Origin: the human T2T-CHM13v2.0 reference genome, Homo sapiens
Strand: one strand, 5' to 3'
Length of the DNA: 64,000 bases
Assembly: GCF_009914755.1 (NCBI RefSeq)
Contig: NC_060942.1
Made by a program: the position numbers and the translations under genes. The notes under the pieces are model-generated. The model did no database searches. It was not told where the DNA came from and was given only the letters and a program-made list of their open reading frames with translations. Numbering within the stretch: the first letter of the stretch is position 1; each line of letters opens with the position of its first letter. This document shows, in pieces, positions 26,601-39,600 of the stretch.

Positions 26601-29600
26601 GGATTTCGCTGGAAGCGGGAATACATATAAAAAGCACACAGCAGCGTTCTGAGAAACTGCTTTCTGATGTTTGCATTCAAGTCAAAAGTTGAACACTCCC
26701 TTTCATAGAGCAGTCTTGAAACACCCCTTTTGTAGTATCTGGAACTGGACTTTTGGAGCGATTTCAGGGCTAAGGTGAAAAAGGAAATATCTTCCCATAA
26801 AAACTGGACAGAAGCATTCTCAGAAACTTGGTTATGCTGTATCTACTCAACTAACAAAGTTGAACCTTTCTTTTGATAGAGCAGTTTTGAAATGGTCTTT
26901 TTGTGGAATCTGCAAGTGGATATTTGGCTAGTTTTGAGGATTTCGTTGGAAGCGGGAATTCATACAAATTGCAGACTGCAGCGTTCTGAGAAACATCTTT
27001 GTGATGTTTGTATTCAGGACAGAGAGTTGAACATTCCCTATCATAGAGCAGGTTGGAATCACTCCTTTTGTAGTATCTGGAAGTGGACATTTGGAGCGCT
27101 TTCAGGCCTATTTTGGAAAGGGAAATATCTTCCCGTAACAACTATGCAGAAGCATTCTCAGAAACTTGTTTGTGATGTGTGCCCTCTACTGACAGAGTTG
27201 AACCTTTCTTTTCATAGAGCAGTTTTGAAACACTCTTTTTGTAGAATCTGCAAGAGGATATTTGCATAGCTTTGAGGATTTCGTGGGAAACGGGATTGTC
27301 TTCAGGTAAAATCTAGACAGAAGCATTCTCAGAAACTTCTTTGGGATGTTTGCATTCAAGTCACAGAGTAGAACATTCCCTTTGGTAGAGCAGGTTTGAA
27401 ACACTCTTTTTGTAGTATCTGGAAGTGGACATTTGGAGCGCTTTCAGGCCCATGTTGGAAAGGGAAATATCTTCCCGTAACAACTAGGCAGAAGCATTCT
27501 CAGAAACTTATTTGAGATGTGTGTACTCAACTAAGAGAATTGAACCACCGTTTTGAAGGAGCAGTTTTGAAACACTCTTTTTCTGGAATCTGCAAGAGTA
27601 TATTTGCCTAGCCTTGAGGATTTCGTTGGAAACGGGATTGTCTTCAGAGAAAATCTAGACAGAAGCATTCTCAGAAACTTCTTTGGGATGTTTGCATTCA
27701 AGTCACAGAGTAGAACATTCCCTTTGGTAGAGCAGGTTTGAAACACTCTTTTTTTAGTATATGGAAGTGGACATTTGGAGCGCTTTCAGGCCTACGTTGG
27801 AAAAGGAAATATCTTCCCATAACAACTAGACAGAAGCATTCTCAGAAACTAGTTTCTGATGTGTGTCCTCAACTAACACAGTTGAACATTTCTTTAGACA
27901 GAACAGTTTTGAAACACTCTTTTTGTGGAATCTGCAAGTGGCTATTTGGCTAGATTTGAGGATTTCGTTGGAAACGGGATTACATATAAAAAGCAGTCAG
28001 CAGCATTCTCAGAAAGTTCTTTGTGATGATTGCATTCAAGTCACAGAATTGAACATTCCCTTTCACAGAGCAGGTTTGAAACACTCTTTTTGTAGTGTGT
28101 GTAAGTGGACATTTGGAGCACTTACCGGCCTAAGGTGAAAAAGGAAATATCTTCCCATAAAAACTAGACAGAAGCATTCTCAGAAACTTACTCGTGATGT
28201 GTGTCCTCAACTAAAGGAGTAGAACCTTTCTTTTCATAGAGAAGTTTTGAAACGCTCTTTTTGTGGAATCTGCAAGTGGATATTTGGCTAGTTTTGAGGA
28301 TTTCGTTGGAAGCGGGAATTCATACAAATTGCAGACTGCAGCGTTCTGAGAAACATCTTTGTGATGTTTGTATTCAGGACACAGAGTTGAACATTCCCTA
28401 TCATAGAGCAGGTTGGAATCACTCCTTTTGTAGTATCTGGAAGTGGACATTTGGAGCGCTTTCAGGCCTATGTTGGAAAAGGAAATATCTTCCCATAACA
28501 ACTAGACAGAAGCATTCTCAGAAACTTATTTGAGATGTGTGTACTCAACTAAGAGAATTGAACCACCGTTTTGAAGGAGCAGTTTTGAAACTCTCTTTTT
28601 CTGGAATCTGCAAGTGGATATTTGGCTAGCTTTGGGGATTTCGCTGGAAGCGGGAATACATATAAAAAGCACACAGCAGCGTTCTGAGAAACTGCTTTCT
28701 GATGTTTGCATTCAAGTCAAAAGTTGAACACTCCCTTTCATAGAGCAGTCTTGAAACACCCCTTTTGTAGTATCTGGAACTGGACTTTTGGAGCGATTTC
28801 AGGGCTAAGGTGAAAAAGGAAATATCTTCCCATAAAAACTGGACAGAAGCATTCTCAGAAACTTGGTTATGCTGTATCTACTCAACTAACAAAGTTGAAC
28901 CTTTCTTTTGATAGAGCAGTTTTGAAATGGTCTTTTTGTGGAATCTGCAAGTGGATATTTGGCTAGTTTTGAGGATTTCGTTGGAAGCGGGAATTCATAC
29001 AAATTGCAGACTGCAGCGTTCTGAGAAACATCTTTGTGATGTTTGTATTCAGGACAGAGAGTTGAACATTCCCTATCATAGAGCAGGTTGGAATCACTCC
29101 TTTTGTAGTATCTGGAAGTGGACATTTGGAGCGCTTTCAGGCCTATTTTGGAAAGGGAAATATCTTCCCGTAACAACTATGCAGAAGCATTCTCAGAAAC
29201 TTGTTTGTGATGTGTGCCCTCTACTGACAGAGTTGAACCTTTCTTTTCATAGAGCAGTTTTGAAACACTCTTTTTGTAGAATCTGCAAGAGGATATTTGC
29301 ATAGCTTTGAGGATTTCGTGGGAAACGGGATTGTCTTCAGGTAAAATCTAGACAGAAGCATTCTCAGAAACTTCTTTGGGATGTTTGCATTCAAGTCACA
29401 GAGTAGAACATTCCCTTTGGTAGAGCAGGTTTGAAACACTCTTTTTGTAGTATCTGGAAGTGGACATTTGGAGCGCTTTCAGGCCCATGTTGGAAAGGGA
29501 AATATCTTCCCGTAACAACTAGGCAGAAGCATTCTCAGAAACTTATTTGAGATGTGTGTACTCAACTAAGAGAATTGAACCACCGTTTTGAAGGAGCAGT

Positions 29601-32600
29601 TTTGAAACACTCTTTTTCTGGAATCTGCAAGAGTATATTTCCCTAGCCTTGAGGATTTCGTTGGAAACGGGATTGTCTTCAGAGAAAATCTAGACAGAAG
29701 CATTCTCAGAAACTTCTTTGGGATGTTTGCATTCAAGTCACAGAGTAGAACATTCCCTTTGGTAGAGCAGGTTTGAAACACTCTTTTTTTAGTATATGGA
29801 AGTGGACATTTTGATCGCTTTCAGGCCTACGTTGGAAAAGGAAATATCTTCCCATAACAACTAGACAGAAGCATTCTCAGAAACTAGTTTCTGATGTGTG
29901 TCCTCAACTAACACAGTTGAACATTTCTTTAGACAGAACAGTTTTGAAACACTCTTTTTGTGGAATCTGCAAGTGGCTATTTGGCTAGATTTGAGGATTT
30001 CGTTGGAAACGGGATTACATATAAAAAGCAGTCAGCAGCATTCTCAGAAAGTTCTTTGTGATGATTGCATTCAAGTCACAGAATTGAACATTCCCTTTCA
30101 CAGAGCAGGTTTGAAACACTCTTTTTGTAGTGTGTGTAAGTGGACATTTGGAGCACTTACCGGCCTAAGGTGAAAAAGGAAATATCTTCCCATAAAAACT
30201 AGACAGAAGCATTCTCAGAAACTTACTCGTGATGTGTGTCCTCAACTAAAGGAGTAGAACCTTTCTTTTCATAGAGAAGTTTTGAAACGCTCTTTTTATG
30301 GAATCTGCAAGTGGATATTTGGCTAGTTTTGAGGATTTCGTTGGAAGCGGGAATTCATACAAATTGCAGACTGCAGCGTTCTGAGAAACATCTTTGTGAT
30401 GTTTGTATTCAGGACACAGAGTTGAACATTCCCTATCATAGAGCAGGTTTGAATCACTCCTTTTGTAGTATCTGGAAGTGGACATTTGGAGCGCTTTCAG
30501 GCCTATGTTGGAAAAGGAAATATCTTCCCATAACAACTAGACAGAAGCATTCTCAGAAACTTATTTGAGATGTGTGTACTCAACTAAGAGAATTGAACCA
30601 CCGTTTTGAAGGAGCAGTTTTGAAACTCTCTTTTTCTGGAATCTGCAAGTGGATATTTGGCTAGCTTTGGGGATTTCGCTGGAAGCGGGAATACATATAA
30701 AAAGCACACAGCAGCGTTCTGAGAAACTGCTTTCTGATGTTTGCATTCAAGTCAAAAGTTGAACACTCCCTTTCATAGAGCAGTCTTGAAACACCCCTTT
30801 TGTAGTATCTGGAACTGGACTTTTGGAGCGATTTCAGGGCTAAGGTGAAAAAGGAAATATCTTCCCATAAAAACTGGACAGAAGCATTCTCAGAAACTTG
30901 GTTATGCTGTATCTACTCAACTAACAAAGTTGAACCTTTCTTTTGATAGAGCAGTTTTGAAATGGTCTTTTTGTGGAATCTGCAAGTGGATATTTGGCTA
31001 GTTTTGAGGATTTCGTTGGAAGCGGGAATTCATACAAATTGCAGACTGCAGCGTTCTGAGAAACATCTTTGTGATGTTTGTATTCAGGACAGAGAGTTGA
31101 ACATTCCCTATCATAGAGCAGGTTGGAATCACTCCTTTTGTAGTATCTGGAAGTGGACATTTGGAGCGCTTTCAGGCCTATTTTGGAAAGGGAAATATCT
31201 TCCCGTAACAACTATGCAGAAGCATTCTCAGAAACTTGTTTGTGATGTGTGCCCTCTACTGACAGAGTTGAACCTTTCTTTTCATAGAGCAGTTTTGAAA
31301 CACTCTTTTTGTAGAATCTGCAAGAGGATATTTGCATAGCTTTGAGGATTTCGTGGGAAACGGGATTGTCTTCAGGTAAAATCTAGACAGAAGCATTCTC
31401 AGAAACTTCTTTGGGATGTTTGCATTCAAGTCACAGAGTAGAACATTCCCTTTGGTAGAGCAGGTTTGAAACACTCTTTTTGTAGTATCTGGAAGTGGAC
31501 ATTTGGAGCGCTTTCAGGCCCATGTTGGAAAGGGAAATATCTTCCCGTAACAACTAGGCAGAAGCATTCTCAGAAACTTATTTGAGATGTGTGTACTCAA
31601 CTAAGAGAATTGAACCACCGTTTTGAAGGAGCAGTTTTGAAACACTCTTTTTCTGGAATCTGCAAGAGTATATTTGCCTAGCCTTGAGGATTTCGTTGGA
31701 AACGGGATTGTCTTCAGAGAAAATCTAGACAGAAGCATTCTCAGAAACTTCTTTGGGATGTTTGCATTCAAGTCACAGAGTAGAACATTCCCTTTGGTAG
31801 AGCAGGTTTGAAACACTCTTTTTTTAGTATATGGAAGTGGACATTTGGAGCGCTTTCAGGCCTACGTTGGAAAAGGAAATATCTTCCCATAACAACTAGA
31901 CAGAAGCATTCTCAGAAACTAGTTTCTGATGTGTGTCCTCAACTAACACAGTTGAACATTTCTTTAGACAGAACAGTTTTGAAACACTCTTTTTGTGGAA
32001 TCTGCAAGTGGCTATTTGGCTAGATTTGAGGATTTCGTTGGAAACGGGATTACATATAAAAAGCAGTCAGCAGCATTCTCAGAAAGTTCTTTGTGATGAT
32101 TGCATTCAAGTCACAGAATTGAACATTCCCTTTCACAGAGCAGGTTTGAAACACTCTTTTTGTAGTGTGTGTAAGTGGACATTTGGAGCACTTACCGGCC
32201 TAAGGTGAAAAAGGAAATATCTTCCCATAAAAACTAGACAGAAGCATTCTCAGAAACTTACTCGTGATGTGTGTCCTCAACTAAAGGAGTAGAACCTTTC
32301 TTTTCATAGAGAAGTTTTGAAACGCTCTTTTTGTGGAATCTGCAAGTGGATATTTGGCTAGTTTTGAGGATTTCGTTGGAAGCGGGAATTCATACAAATT
32401 GCAGACTGCAGCGTTCTGAGAAACATCTTTGTGATGTTTGTATTCAGGACACAGAGTTGAACATTCCCTATCATAGAGCAGGTTGGAATCACTCCTTTTG
32501 TAGTATCTGGAAGTGGACATTTGGAGCGCTTTCAGGCCTATGTTGGAAAAGGAAATATCTTCCCATAACAACTAGACAGAAGCATTCTCAGAAACTTATT

Positions 32601-33710
32601 TGAGATGTGTGTACTCAACTAAGAGAATTGAACCACCGTTTTGAAGGAGCAGTTTTGAAACTCTCTTTTTCTGGAATCTGCAAGTGGATATTTGGCTAGC
32701 TTTGGGGATTTCGCTGGAAGCGGGAATACATATAAAAAGCACACAGCAGCGTTCTGAGAAACTGCTTTCTGATGTTTGCATTCAAGTCAAAAGTTGAACA
32801 CTCCCTTTCATAGAGCAGTCTTGAAACACCCCTTTTGTAGTATCTGGAACTGGACTTTTGGAGCGATTTCAGGGCTAAGGTGAAAAAGGAAATATCTTCC
32901 CATAAAAACTGGACAGAAGCATTCTCAGAAACTTGGTTATGCTGTATCTACTCAACTAACAAAGTTGAACCTTTCTTTTGATAGAGCAGTTTTGAAATGG
33001 TCTTTTTGTGGAATCTGCAAGTGGATATTTGGCTAGTTTTGAGGATTTCGTTGGAAGCGGGAATTCATACAAATTGCAGACTGCAGCGTTCTGAGAAACA
33101 TCTTTGTGATGTTTGTATTCAGGACAGAGAGTTGAACATTCCCTATCATAGAGCAGGTTGGAATCACTCCTTTTGTAGTATCTGGAAGTGGACATTTGGA
33201 GCGCTTTCAGGCCTATTTTGGAAAGGGAAATATCTTCCCGTAACAACTATGCAGAAGCATTCTCAGAAACTTGTTTGTGATGTGTGCCCTCTACTGACAG
33301 AGTTGAACCTTTCTTTTCATAGAGCAGTTTTGAAACACTCTTTTTGTAGAATCTGCAAGAGGATATTTGCATAGCTTTGAGGATTTCGTGGGAAACGGGA
33401 TTGTCTTCAGGTAAAATCTAGACAGAAGCATTCTCAGAAACTTCTTTGGGATGTTTGCATTCAAGTCACAGAGTAGAACATTCCCTTTGGTAGAGCAGGT
33501 TTGAAACACTCTTTTTGTAGTATCTGGAAGTGGACATTTGGAGCGCTTTCAGGCCCATGTTGGAAAGGGAAATATCTTCCCGTAACAACTAGGCAGAAGC
33601 ATTCTCAGAAACTTATTTGAGATGTGTGTACTCAACTAAGAGAATTGAACCACCGTTTTGAAGGAGCAGTTTTGAAACACTCTTTTTCTGGAATCTGCAA
33701 GAGTATATTT
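23692..33710 (+). repeat. Second 4070-bp two-HOR duplication (HOR13-14 similar to HOR15-16)
   Basis: A private G>C occurs at 25571 and 29641, and G occurs at 24345/28415/32485. HOR14 = HOR16; HOR13 and HOR15 differ only at offsets 376 and 1808. Confidence 0.85.
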
Positions 33711-34595
33711 GCCTAGCCTTGAGGATTTCGTTGGAAACGGGATTGTCTTCAGAGAAAATCTAGACAGAAGCATTCTCAGAAACTTCTTTGGGATGTTTGC
33801 ATTCAAGTCACAGAGTAGAACATTCCCTTTGGTAGAGCAGGTTTGAAACACTCTTTTTTTAGTATATGGAAGTGGACATTTGGATCGCTTTCAGGCCTAC
33901 GTTGGAAAAGGAAATATCTTCCCATAACAACTAGACAGAAGCATTCTCAGAAACTAGTTTCTGATGTGTGTCCTCAACTAACACAGTTGAACATTTCTTT
34001 AGACAGAACAGTTTTGAAACACTCTTTTTGTGGAATCTGCAAGTGGCTATTTGGCTAGATTTGAGGATTTCGTTGGAAACGGGATTACATATAAAAAGCA
34101 GTCAGCAGCATTCTCAGAAAGTTCTTTGTGATGATTGCATTCAAGTCACAGAATTGAACATTCCCTTTCACAGAGCAGGTTTGAAACACTCTTTTTGTAG
34201 TGTGTGTAAGTGGACATTTGGAGCACTTACCGGCCTAAGGTGAAAAAGGAAATATCTTCCCATAAAAACTAGACAGAAGCATTCTCAGAAACTTACTCGT
34301 GATGTGTGTCCTCAACTAAAGGAGTAGAACCTTTCTTTTCATAGAGAAGTTTTGAAACGCTCTTTTTGTGGAATCTGCAAGTGGATATTTGGCTAGTTTT
34401 GAGGATTTCGTTGGAAGCGGGAATTCATACAAATTGCAGACTGCAGCGTTCTGAGAAACATCTTTGTGATGTTTGTATTCAGGACACAGAGTTGAACATT
34501 CCCTATCATAGAGCAGGTTTGAATCACTCCTTTTGTAGTATCTGGAAGTGGACATTTGGAGCGCTTTCAGGCCTATGTTGGAAAAGGAAATATCT

Positions 34596-36626
34596 TCCCA
34601 TAACAACTAGACAGAAGCATTCTCAGAAACTTATTTGAGATGTGTGTACTCAACTAAGAGAATTGAACCACCGTTTTGAAGGAGCAGTTTTGAAACTCTC
34701 TTTTTCTGGAATCTGCAAGTGGATATTTGGCTAGCTTTGGGGATTTCGCTGGAAGCGGGAATACATATAAAAAGCACACAGCAGCGTTCTGAGAAACTGC
34801 TTTCTGATGTTTGCATTCAAGTCAAAAGTTGAACACTCCCTTTCATAGAGCAGTCTTGAAACACCCCTTTTGTAGTATCTGGAACTGGACTTTTGGAGCG
34901 ATTTCAGGGCTAAGGTGAAAAAGGAAATATCTTCCCATAAAAACTGGACAGAAGCATTCTCAGAAACTTGGTTATGCTGTATCTACTCAACTAACAAAGT
35001 TGAACCTTTCTTTTGATAGAGCAGTTTTGAAATGGTCTTTTTGTGGAATCTGCAAGTGGATATTTGGCTAGTTTTGAGGATTTCGTTGGAAGCGGGAATT
35101 CATACAAATTGCAGACTGCAGCGTTCTGAGAAACATCTTTGTGATGTTTGTATTCAGGACAGAGAGTTGAACATTCCCTATCATAGAGCAGGTTGGAATC
35201 ACTCCTTTTGTAGTATCTGGAAGTGGACATTTGGAGCGCTTTCAGGCCTATTTTGGAAAGGGAAATATCTTCCCGTAACAACTATGCAGAAGCATTCTCA
35301 GAAACTTGTTTGTGATGTGTGCCCTCTACTGACAGAGTTGAACCTTTCTTTTCATAGAGCAGTTTTGAAACACTCTTTTTGTAGAATCTGCAAGAGGATA
35401 TTTGCATAGCTTTGAGGATTTCGTGGGAAACGGGATTGTCTTCAGGTAAAATCTAGACAGAAGCATTCTCAGAAACTTCTTTGGGATGTTTGCATTCAAG
35501 TCACAGAGTAGAACATTCCCTTTGGTAGAGCAGGTTTGAAACACTCTTTTTGTAGTATCTGGAAGTGGACATTTGGAGCGCTTTCAGGCCCATGTTGGAA
35601 AGGGAAATATCTTCCCGTAACAACTAGGCAGAAGCATTCTCAGAAACTTATTTGAGATGTGTGTACTCAACTAAGAGAATTGAACCACCGTTTTGAAGGA
35701 GCAGTTTTGAAACACTCTTTTTCTGGAATCTGCAAGAGTATATTTGCCTAGCCTTGAGGATTTCGTTGGAAACGGGATTGTCTTCAGATAAAATCTAGAC
35801 AGAAGCATTCTCAGAAACTTCTTTGGGATGTTTGCATTCAAGTCACAGAGTAGAACATTCCCTTTGGTAGAGCAGGTTTGAAACACTCTTTTTTTAGTAT
35901 ATGGAAGTGGACATTTGGAGCGCTTTCAGGCCTACGTTGGAAAAGGAAATATCTTCCCATAACAACTAGACAGAAGCATTCTCAGAAACTAGTTTCTGAT
36001 GTGTGTCCTCAACTCAGTTGAACATTTCTTTAGACAGAACAGTTTTGAAACACTCTTTTTGTGGAATCTGCAAGTGGCTATTTGGCTAGATTTGAGGATT
36101 TCGTTGGAAACGGGATTACATATAAAAAGCAGTCAGCAGCATTCTCAGAAAGTTCTTTGTGATGATTGCATTCAAGTCACAGAATTGAACATTCCCTTTC
36201 ACAGAGCAGGTTTGAAACACTCTTTTTGTAGTGTGTGTAAGTGGACATTTGGAGCACTTACCGGCCTAAGGTGAAAAAGGAAATATCTTCCCATAAAAAC
36301 TAGACAGAAGCATTCTCAGAAACTTACTCGTGATGTGTGTCCTCAACTAAAGGAGTAGAACCTTTCTTTTCATAGAGAAGTTTTGAAACGCTCTTTTTGT
36401 GGAATCTGCAAGTGGATATTTGGCTAGTTTTGAGGATTTCGTTGGAAGCGGGAATTCATACAAATTGCAGACTGCAGCGTTCTGAGAAACATCTTTGTGA
36501 TGTTTGTATTCAGGACACAGAGTTGAACATTCCCTATCATAGAGCAGGTTTGAATCACTCCTTTTGTAGTATCTGGAAGTGGACATTTGGAGCGCTTTCA
36601 GGCCTATGTTGGAAAAGGAAATATCT
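34596..36626 (+). repeat. Variant HOR18, 2031 bp, with a 4-bp deletion
   Basis: CAACTAACACAGTTG becomes CAACTCAGTTG at 36014/36015, with a linked G>T at 35789. The ORF coordinate register shifts by -4 afterwards. Confidence 0.95.
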
Positions 36627-39600
36627 TCCCATAACAACTAGACAGAAGCATTCTCAGAAACTTATTTGAGATGTGTGTACTCAACTAAGAGAATTGAACC
36701 ACCGTTTTGAAGGAGCAGTTTTGAAACTCTCTTTTTCTGGAATCTGCAAGTGGATATTTGGCTAGCTTTGGGGATTTCGCTGGAAGCGGGAATACATATA
36801 AAAAGCACACAGCAGCGTTCTGAGAAACTGCTTTCTGATGTTTGCATTCAAGTCAAAAGTTGAACACTCCCTTTCATAGAGCAGTCTTGAAACACCCCTT
36901 TTGTAGTATCTGGAACTGGACTTTTGGAGCGATTTCAGGGCTAAGGTGAAAAAGGAAATATCTTCCCATAAAAACTGGACAGAAGCATTCTCAGAAACTT
37001 GGTTATGCTGTATCTACTCAACTAACAAAGTTGAACCTTTCTTTTGATAGAGCAGTTTTGAAATGGTCTTTTTGTGGAATCTGCAAGTGGATATTTGGCT
37101 AGTTTTGAGGATTTCGTTGGAAGCGGGAATTCATACAAATTGCAGACTGCAGCGTTCTGAGAAACATCTTTGTGATGTTTGTATTCAGGACAGAGAGTTG
37201 AACATTCCCTATCATAGAGCAGGTTGGAATCACTCCTTTTGTAGTATCTGGAAGTGGACATTTGGAGCGCTTTCAGGCCTATTTTGGAAAGGGAAATATC
37301 TTCCCGTAACAACTATGCAGAAGCATTCTCAGAAACTTGTTTGTGATGTGTGCCCTCTACTGACAGAGTTGAACCTTTCTTTTCATAGAGCAGTTTTGAA
37401 ACACTCTTTTTGTAGAATCTGCAAGAGGATATTTGCATAGCTTTGAGGATTTCGTGGGAAACGGGATTGTCTTCAGGTAAAATCTAGACAGAAGCATTCT
37501 CAGAAACTTCTTTGGGATGTTTGCATTCAAGTCACAGAGTAGAACATTCCCTTTGGTAGAGCAGGTTTGAAACACTCTTTTTGTAGTATCTGGAAGTGGA
37601 CATTTGGAGCGCTTTCAGGCCCATGTTGGAAAGGGAAATATCTTCCCGTAACAACTAGGCAGAAGCATTCTCAGAAACTTATTTGAGATGTGTGTACTCA
37701 ACTAAGAGAATTGAACCACCGTTTTGAAGGAGCAGTTTTGAAACACTCTTTTTCTGGAATCTGCAAGAGTATATTTGCCTAGCCTTGAGGATTTCGTTGG
37801 AAACGGGATTGTCTTCAGAGAAAATCTAGACAGAAGCATTCTCAGAAACTTCTTTGGGATGTTTGCATTCAAGTCACAGAGTAGAACATTCCCTTTGGTA
37901 GAGCAGGTTTGAAACACTCTTTTTTTAGTATATGGAAGTGGACATTTGGATCGCTTTCAGGCCTACGTTGGAAAAGGAAATATCTTCCCATAACAACTAG
38001 ACAGAAGCATTCTCAGAAACTAGTTTCTGATGTGTGTCCTCAACTAACACAGTTGAACATTTCTTTAGACAGAACAGTTTTGAAACACTCTTTTTGTGGA
38101 ATCTGCAAGTGGCTATTTGGCTAGATTTGAGGATTTCGTTGGAAACGGGATTACATATAAAAAGCAGTCAGCAGCATTCTCAGAAAGTTCTTTGTGATGA
38201 TTGCATTCAAGTCACAGAATTGAACATTCCCTTTCACAGAGCAGGTTTGAAACACTCTTTTTGTAGTGTGTGTAAGTGGACATTTGGAGCACTTACCGGC
38301 CTAAGGTGAAAAAGGAAATATCTTCCCATAAAAACTAGACAGAAGCATTCTCAGAAACTTACTCGTGATGTGTGTCCTCAACTAAAGGAGTAGAACCTTT
38401 CTTTTCATAGAGAAGTTTTGAAACGCTCTTTTTGTGGAATCTGCAAGTGGATATTTGGCTAGTTTTGAGGATTTCGTTGGAAGCGGGAATTCATACAAAT
38501 TGCAGACTGCAGCGTTCTGAGAAACATCTTTGTGATGTTTGTATTCAGGACACAGAGTTGAACATTCCCTATCATAGAGCAGGTTTGAATCACTCCTTTT
38601 GTAGTATCTGGAAGTGGACATTTGGAGCGCTTTCAGGCCTATGTTGGAAAAGGAAATATCTTCCCATAACAACTAGACAGAAGCATTCTCAGAAACTTAT
38701 TTGAGATGTGTGTACTCAACTAAGAGAATTGAACCACCGTTTTGAAGGAGCAGTTTTGAAACTCTCTTTTTCTGGAATCTGCAAGTGGATATTTGGCTAG
38801 CTTTGGGGATTTCGCTGGAAGCGGGAATACATATAAAAAGCACACAGCAGCGTTCTGAGAAACTGCTTTCTGATGTTTGCATTCAAGTCAAAAGTTGAAC
38901 ACTCCCTTTCATAGAGCAGTCTTGAAACACCCCTTTTGTAGTATCTGGAACTGGACTTTTGGAGCGATTTCAGGGCTAAGGTGAAAAAGGAAATATCTTC
39001 CCATAAAAACTGGACAGAAGCATTCTCAGAAACTTGGTTATGCTGTATCTACTCAACTAACAAAGTTGAACCTTTCTTTTGATAGAGCAGTTTTGAAATG
39101 GTCTTTTTGTGGAATCTGCAAGTGGATATTTGGCTAGTTTTGAGGATTTCGTTGGAAGCGGGAATTCATACAAATTGCAGACTGCAGCGTTCTGAGAAAC
39201 ATCTTTGTGATGTTTGTATTCAGGACAGAGAGTTGAACATTCCCTATCATAGAGCAGGTTGGAATCACTCCTTTTGTAGTATCTGGAAGTGGACATTTGG
39301 AGCGCTTTCAGGCCTATTTTGGAAAGGGAAATATCTTCCCGTAACAACTATGCAGAAGCATTCTCAGAAACTTGTTTGTGATGTGTGCCCTCTACTGACA
39401 GAGTTGAACCTTTCTTTTCATAGAGCAGTTTTGAAACACTCTTTTTGTAGAATCTGCAAGAGGATATTTGCATAGCTTTGAGGATTTCGTGGGAAACGGG
39501 ATTGTCTTCAGGTAAAATCTAGACAGAAGCATTCTCAGAAACTTCTTTGGGATGTTTGCATTCAAGTCACAGAGTAGAACATTCCCTTTGGTAGAGCAGG

